From positions 448,001 through 512,000 of the forward strand of contig CAWKHF010000010.1 in the NCBI GenBank assembly GCA_963849325.1: a stretch of DNA of 64,000 nucleotides, written 5' to 3'. The notes beneath the pieces are model-generated. The model had not been told where the DNA came from. It ran no database searches and was given only the letters and a program-made list of their open reading frames with translations. The stretch comes from an uncultured Planctomycetota bacterium. GTDB taxonomy: Bacteria; Planctomycetota; Planctomycetia; Gemmatales; Gemmataceae. Positions within the stretch are counted from its first letter, which is position 1. The number at the start of each line of letters is the position of its first letter. Below are positions 59,947 through 64,000 of this stretch, piece after piece. The position numbers and the translations under genes were made by a program.

Positions 59947-61578
59947 ATGGATCCTTCGCTCCAGCCCTTGCTCACCCGTCTGGAACGTCTCTCCGACGAA
60001 TTCCGAGAGATACGCGAAGGGATCGAAAAAGCGGTCCTGGTCGCCAAGGTCGATCCCGAGATGGCCCTGACCCGCGCCCGCAAGGTGCTCGAACTGGTGG
60101 TCCGGGAGATCTTCCAGCGTCGCGTGAACGAGCCGCCCGGCACGCGCCCCTTGGAGAACCTCATCCAGCGTCTGGTCAAGGACGGCTACTTCCCCGATCG
60201 CCTGGATGCCTACGCCTCCACCATCCGCAAGCTCGGCAATGTCGACACCCACTCCTTCGGCGAAGGCGTCACGCGAACCGATGTGCGGCTGTCGCTATCG
60301 CAGCTGATGCCGATTCTCGATTGGTACTTCCAGGTCGAGCGTCCCGATGCGGTCGTGACAAAACCGCCCGCGCCGGCGGCGCCCCCGGAGAAGCCGCCTC
60401 CGCCGTCCGTCCGCGCAAACCCCACCGTTCTTGATCGGCCGGATAGAAGTCAGTCCCCGGACAAGCGGCCCCCGCTGTCCGTCCGCGCCACTCCTTCCGC
60501 AATGCCCAAGAAACCTTCCGGCCGCCCACAAGCCGCACCGGCGCCGCTGCCAGTGATCCCAGAGACGATGAGGAAGGGCCGCATCCCGGTCGCCAGGGCG
60601 ATGAAGACGGCGGACGCGAAGCCATCGAGGAAGTGGCTGCTTGGGCCGCTAGCCATCGTACTGCTTCTCGCCGGACTGCTCGGGCTAATCCTCGCGTTCG
60701 CCCCGAAGAACCATTTCCCCTCTGCCGACAGCCAATCAACCAAAACGCCATCTGGTGGCCGGTCGTCTCCAGAGTGGGGAAAATCCATCACCAACTCCAT
60801 CGGCATGAAACTCGTGCGCGTGGAGCCGGGCGTCTTCCTCATGGGTTCGCCGGAGAGCGAGAACGAACGCTTCGATGACGAACACCAACACGAAGTCGAG
60901 ATCACCCGGCCCTTCCATGTGGGCGTCTACGAGGTAACGCAAGAGCAGTACGAGCGCGTCATGGGCAAGAACCCAAATTACTTCTCTTCTACGGGTGCGG
61001 GCAAGGATACGGTGAATGGCATGGATACCCGCCAATTCCCGGTGGATGAGGTCGCATGGAAGGACGCCGTGGAGTTTTGTCGCCAGCTCTCGAAACTGCC
61101 CGAAGAGAAGGCGAATGAACGCCTGTATCGCTTGCCGACCGAGGCGGAATGGGAATACATTTCCCGAGATGGGCCTTTTTTCAAGAAACCTTCGCCACCT
61201 TTCTCTTTCGGCAATTCCCTCTCTGCCTCGCAAGCCAACTTTGACGGCAACTTCCCTTACGGCGGCACGGCCAAGGGCGTCTACTTGGAGCGCCCTACGA
61301 AAGTCGGTTCTTATCCTCCCAATCCCCTCGGCCTCTACGATCTCCACGGCAACGTCTGGGAGTGGTGCGCCGACTGGTGCGACAAGGACTACTACAAAAA
61401 CAGCCCCCGGCAAGATCCGCAGGGACCGGAAAACGGCGAGCGCCGTGTTTTGCGTGGCGGTTCCTGGGTCAGCTACGGCAGGCTCTGCCGCGCCGCCTAC
61501 CGCAACGGCAATGCGCCCGGCGATCGCGTCAACTACTACGGCTTTCGCGTTGTGTTGGTTGCCGGCGCGAGGACTTAG
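59947..61578 (+). CDS. DUF4145 (HEPN-like) - Pro-rich linker - TM - FGE-type C-type-lectin-fold protein
   Basis: ALTRARKVLE...IRKLGNVDTH; TM LLGPLAIVLLLAGLLGLILAF; NSIGMKL, RLPTEAEWEY, DLHGNVWEW, RVLRGGSW...GFRVV; no catalytic CxxxxC. Confidence 0.85.
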   Translation: MDPSLQPLLTRLERLSDEFREIREGIEKAVLVAKVDPEMALTRARKVLELVVREIFQRRVNEPPGTRPLENLIQRLVKDGYFPDRLDAYASTIRKLGNVDTHSFGEGVTRTDVRLSLSQLMPILDWYFQVERPDAVVTKPPAPAAPPEKPPPPSVRANPTVLDRPDRSQSPDKRPPLSVRATPSAMPKKPSGRPQAAPAPLPVIPETMRKGRIPVARAMKTADAKPSRKWLLGPLAIVLLLAGLLGLILAFAPKNHFPSADSQSTKTPSGGRSSPEWGKSITNSIGMKLVRVEPGVFLMGSPESENERFDDEHQHEVEITRPFHVGVYEVTQEQYERVMGKNPNYFSSTGAGKDTVNGMDTRQFPVDEVAWKDAVEFCRQLSKLPEEKANERLYRLPTEAEWEYISRDGPFFKKPSPPFSFGNSLSASQANFDGNFPYGGTAKGVYLERPTKVGSYPPNPLGLYDLHGNVWEWCADWCDKDYYKNSPRQDPQGPENGERRVLRGGSWVSYGRLCRAAYRNGNAPGDRVNYYGFRVVLVAGART

Positions 61579-61613
61579 TCAGGACCGATACGGACCCGAT
61601 AAGGAGCTGAGGC

Positions 61614-62796
61614 GTGTTATTTCTGGAGTCGCTTCGACTCGATGGCTTGCTTTCCTTTCCACCAGGCGCCGAGACGATTTCGCTGACTCCGCTGAACGTC
61701 CTTATCGGGCCAAACGGGGCCGGCAAATCCAACCTGCTCGAAGCCGTGGAATTGCTGCACGCCACCCCCACGGCCTTCGCCGCGGCTGTCCGCGACGGCG
61801 GCGGCGTGAAGGAATGGCTCTGGAAAGGGCAAGACGGCAAAGGCCAAGCGGTCATGGAAACGGTGGTCAAAGGAAAGACGCCGATTCCCGACCTCCGCTA
61901 CCGCCTGGCTTTCGCTCCCTCCGGTCAACGAACCGAAGTGCTCGACGAGGCCATCGAAGAAAGAGACAAGCGCTCCCCGAAAGAACGGGACGTTTTCTTT
62001 TACTACCGCTTTCAGAAAGGGCGGCCGGTCCTGAATGTCCGGGACACCTCCGGGGGCTATGTCCGCCGCAGTCTCAAACGAGAAGATCTCGTCCCGGACG
62101 AATCCGTACTCTCGCAGCGTAAAGGCTCTGATGTTTACCCCGAAGTCACCTGGCTCGGCCAGCAGTTTTCGCGCATCCAGACTTTCCGAGAATGGAGTTT
62201 CGGACGCTATGCCCCCGTGCGGCAACCTCAGCCGGCGGACCTGCCCAGCGACGTTCTGTTGCCCGACTCGCGCAACCTGGGTCTGATCCTCAACGAGGTG
62301 GAACACACCGACGCCGCGCCGGAGTTCAACCGCTTGCTGTCCCGTTTCTTGCCGCGCTATCACCGTTTCAGCACCCGCATTCAAGGCGGCACCGTCCAGT
62401 TCTACCTTCATGAGAAGGGCTTGAATGCCCCGATCCCGGCCACGCGCTTGTCCGACGGCACCATCCGTTTCCTGGCCATGTTGGCCTTACTCCTTTCTCC
62501 CAACCCGCCATCTCTGTTGTGCATGGAAGAGCCGGAACTCGGGCTGCACCCCGACGCCGTCAGCCTGCTGGCGGACTGTCTGGTGGATGCCTCCACGCGC
62601 ACCCAGCTCATCGTCACCACGCATTCCGACGCCCTGGTTTCGGCCCTCACGGACCATGCGGATTCGCTACTCGTGTGCGAGAATCAGGGCGGCACCGTGC
62701 TGCACCGCGTTGAGTCCCAGCGGCTTGGGCACTGGCTGGAGAAGTATCGGCTCGGCGAGATTCTGGCGTATCGGCGAGCTGGGAGGCAATCCGTGA
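61614..62796 (+). CDS. AAA_21 / ABC-type ATPase, extra base ~62763
   Basis: GPNGAGKS, LSDGT, MEEPELGLHP, VTTHS; natural end WRIGELGGNP* lies in the alternate frame. Confidence 0.88.
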
Positions 62797-63440
62797 AGGA
62801 GGTCGCCATCTACCTGGAAGGGGGCGGAGACTCGGCCCAGCAAAAGGCCGAACTGCGAACGGGGATGGACGCCTTGCTTGATCCAGAGAAGCGGGCGGCG
62901 CGGGACAAGGAGTTGCGCTGGCGAATGATACCCTGCGGCGGCCGAGAGCAAACCTTCGACGCCTTCCACAACGCCCTCCAGCAGTCCGACGAGGAGACCC
63001 TGCTGATCCTTCTGGTGGACTCAGAGGATCCCATCGGCCAGGAATCCAAAGATAAAGAGAAGAACGCCGATGCCCGTGTCCAGCACCTCACGCAACGCGA
63101 TCAATGGGACTTATCCGGCGCGGACCCCAAACAGGTCCACTTGATGGTGCAATGTATGGAGGCCTGGATCGTCGCGGATCAGGAGGCACTCGCCGCCTTC
63201 TATGGGAAGAGATTTCATGCGAATAGTTTGCCCAATCGGCTGAACTTGGAAGAAGAGCCCAAGGCGGACTTACTGAAGAAGCTCAAGAAGAGCACGGAAA
63301 AGACCCAGAAGGGAGAATACGCCAAGATCAAGCATGCCAGCAAGCTGCTGGAGAAGATCGATAGGGCGAAAGTGGGTAAGCGTTGCTCCCGCTTTGCGAC
63401 CTTCACCGCTTGGTTGGCCGAGAAGATCACAGGTGCCTGA
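62793..63440 (+). CDS. DUF4276 family TOPRIM-like protein
   Basis: GTG overlaps the upstream TGA; IYLEGG, LLVDSE, MVQCMEAWIVAD, YAKIKHA. Confidence 0.8.
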   Translation: MKEVAIYLEGGGDSAQQKAELRTGMDALLDPEKRAARDKELRWRMIPCGGREQTFDAFHNALQQSDEETLLILLVDSEDPIGQESKDKEKNADARVQHLTQRDQWDLSGADPKQVHLMVQCMEAWIVADQEALAAFYGKRFHANSLPNRLNLEEEPKADLLKKLKKSTEKTQKGEYAKIKHASKLLEKIDRAKVGKRCSRFATFTAWLAEKITGA

Positions 63441-63626
63441 CATTGCAGATCCCGCCTTTCCCCTCGCCGCCTCGCGACGGTCGTGTCCCGAGCATGTCCG
63501 GCCAAAGACACAAGCGATCCGCGTGGGCTGGTAGGTACGCCCGAAGACCCACGCGAGATCTCTCCTCTTTCGAGGCGTGACCGCCGTGGTTCCATGACAC
63601 GAGGAGCCGCACTCCTGGAGTCCGCC

Positions 63627-64000
63627 GTGACCACGAAGCCCTATGATCCGACGCTCAAAGCGCTGGTCGAAACCGAGCCGGAGGCGTGGCCCGCCCTCCT
63701 CGGCCGTCCGACGGGTCCGACGGCGGTGATCGACGCGGACATCGCCACCGTCAGCGGCGCCGCCGACAAGGTGCTGCGCGTATCCGCCGACCCGCCGTAC
63801 CTGCTGCATCTGGAATTCGTCAGCGGCCACGACGCCCCGACGCTGCCGCGCAAACTGCTCGTCCGCAACGCGCTGCTGGAGGACCGTCACGACTTGCCGG
63901 TGCGCAGCGGTGTGGTGCTTCTGCGTCCCGAGGCCGATTCCCCCCAGTTGACTGGGCGGTACGAACGCGGCTTCCCCGGCGAGGACGCCTACCTGGCCTT
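63627..64000 (+). CDS. Rpn-like PD-(D/E)XK nuclease / putative transposase, runs off the window
   Basis: KPYDPTLKALVE, ADKVLRV, LLHLEF, LPVRSGVVLLRP; RBS GGAG; absent from the ORF track. Confidence 0.75.
   Translation, partial: MTTKPYDPTLKALVETEPEAWPALLGRPTGPTAVIDADIATVSGAADKVLRVSADPPYLLHLEFVSGHDAPTLPRKLLVRNALLEDRHDLPVRSGVVLLRPEADSPQLTGRYERGFPGEDAYLA

Noticed and set aside
61614-63440. Single 608-aa ATPase-DUF4276 fusion
   Set aside because: The ATPase's natural end is in another frame and overlaps the GTG of the second gene; best explained by one extra base.

Overview
High-GC bacterial window, very likely a planctomycete (Gemmataceae-like), judged from the TIGR03000 domain, multidomain Ser/Thr kinases, a 23S-5S rRNA unit with no 16S, and typical REP-like repeats. 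Many genes, including purH and rsgA, are split by short indels, which points to long-read assembly error, so split ORFs are joined below. Left part: FtsK/EccC-type ATPase, GH2 hydrolase, PlsC-ACP-adenylation enzyme, kinase-pseudokinase-PilZ protein next to a Wzc and a GT-C transferase, ECF sigma factor behind a SAM-I riboswitch, rsgA, tRNA-Leu(CAG) and 23S-5S rRNA. Middle: LplT-like MFS, MacAB-type ABC exporter, VPS10/BNR hydrolase, GT87, SGNH-DUF4091 enzyme, two ~205-bp promoter-plus-hairpin direct repeats each followed by different small cargo genes, and purH. Right end (~53.2-64 kb): accessory, conflict-type island with an HTH/IS5 chimera, a HEPN-like-kinase-TPR-DUF2610 giant, a DUF4145-TM-CLec protein with a DGR-like variable region, an AAA_21 + DUF4276 pair and an Rpn-like nuclease. 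Best leads: the SAM-I riboswitch apparently gating a sigma factor, the divergent pair of HEPN-like receptors, and the promoter-bearing repeat cassettes. All family calls come from motif recognition by eye; no database searches were run.
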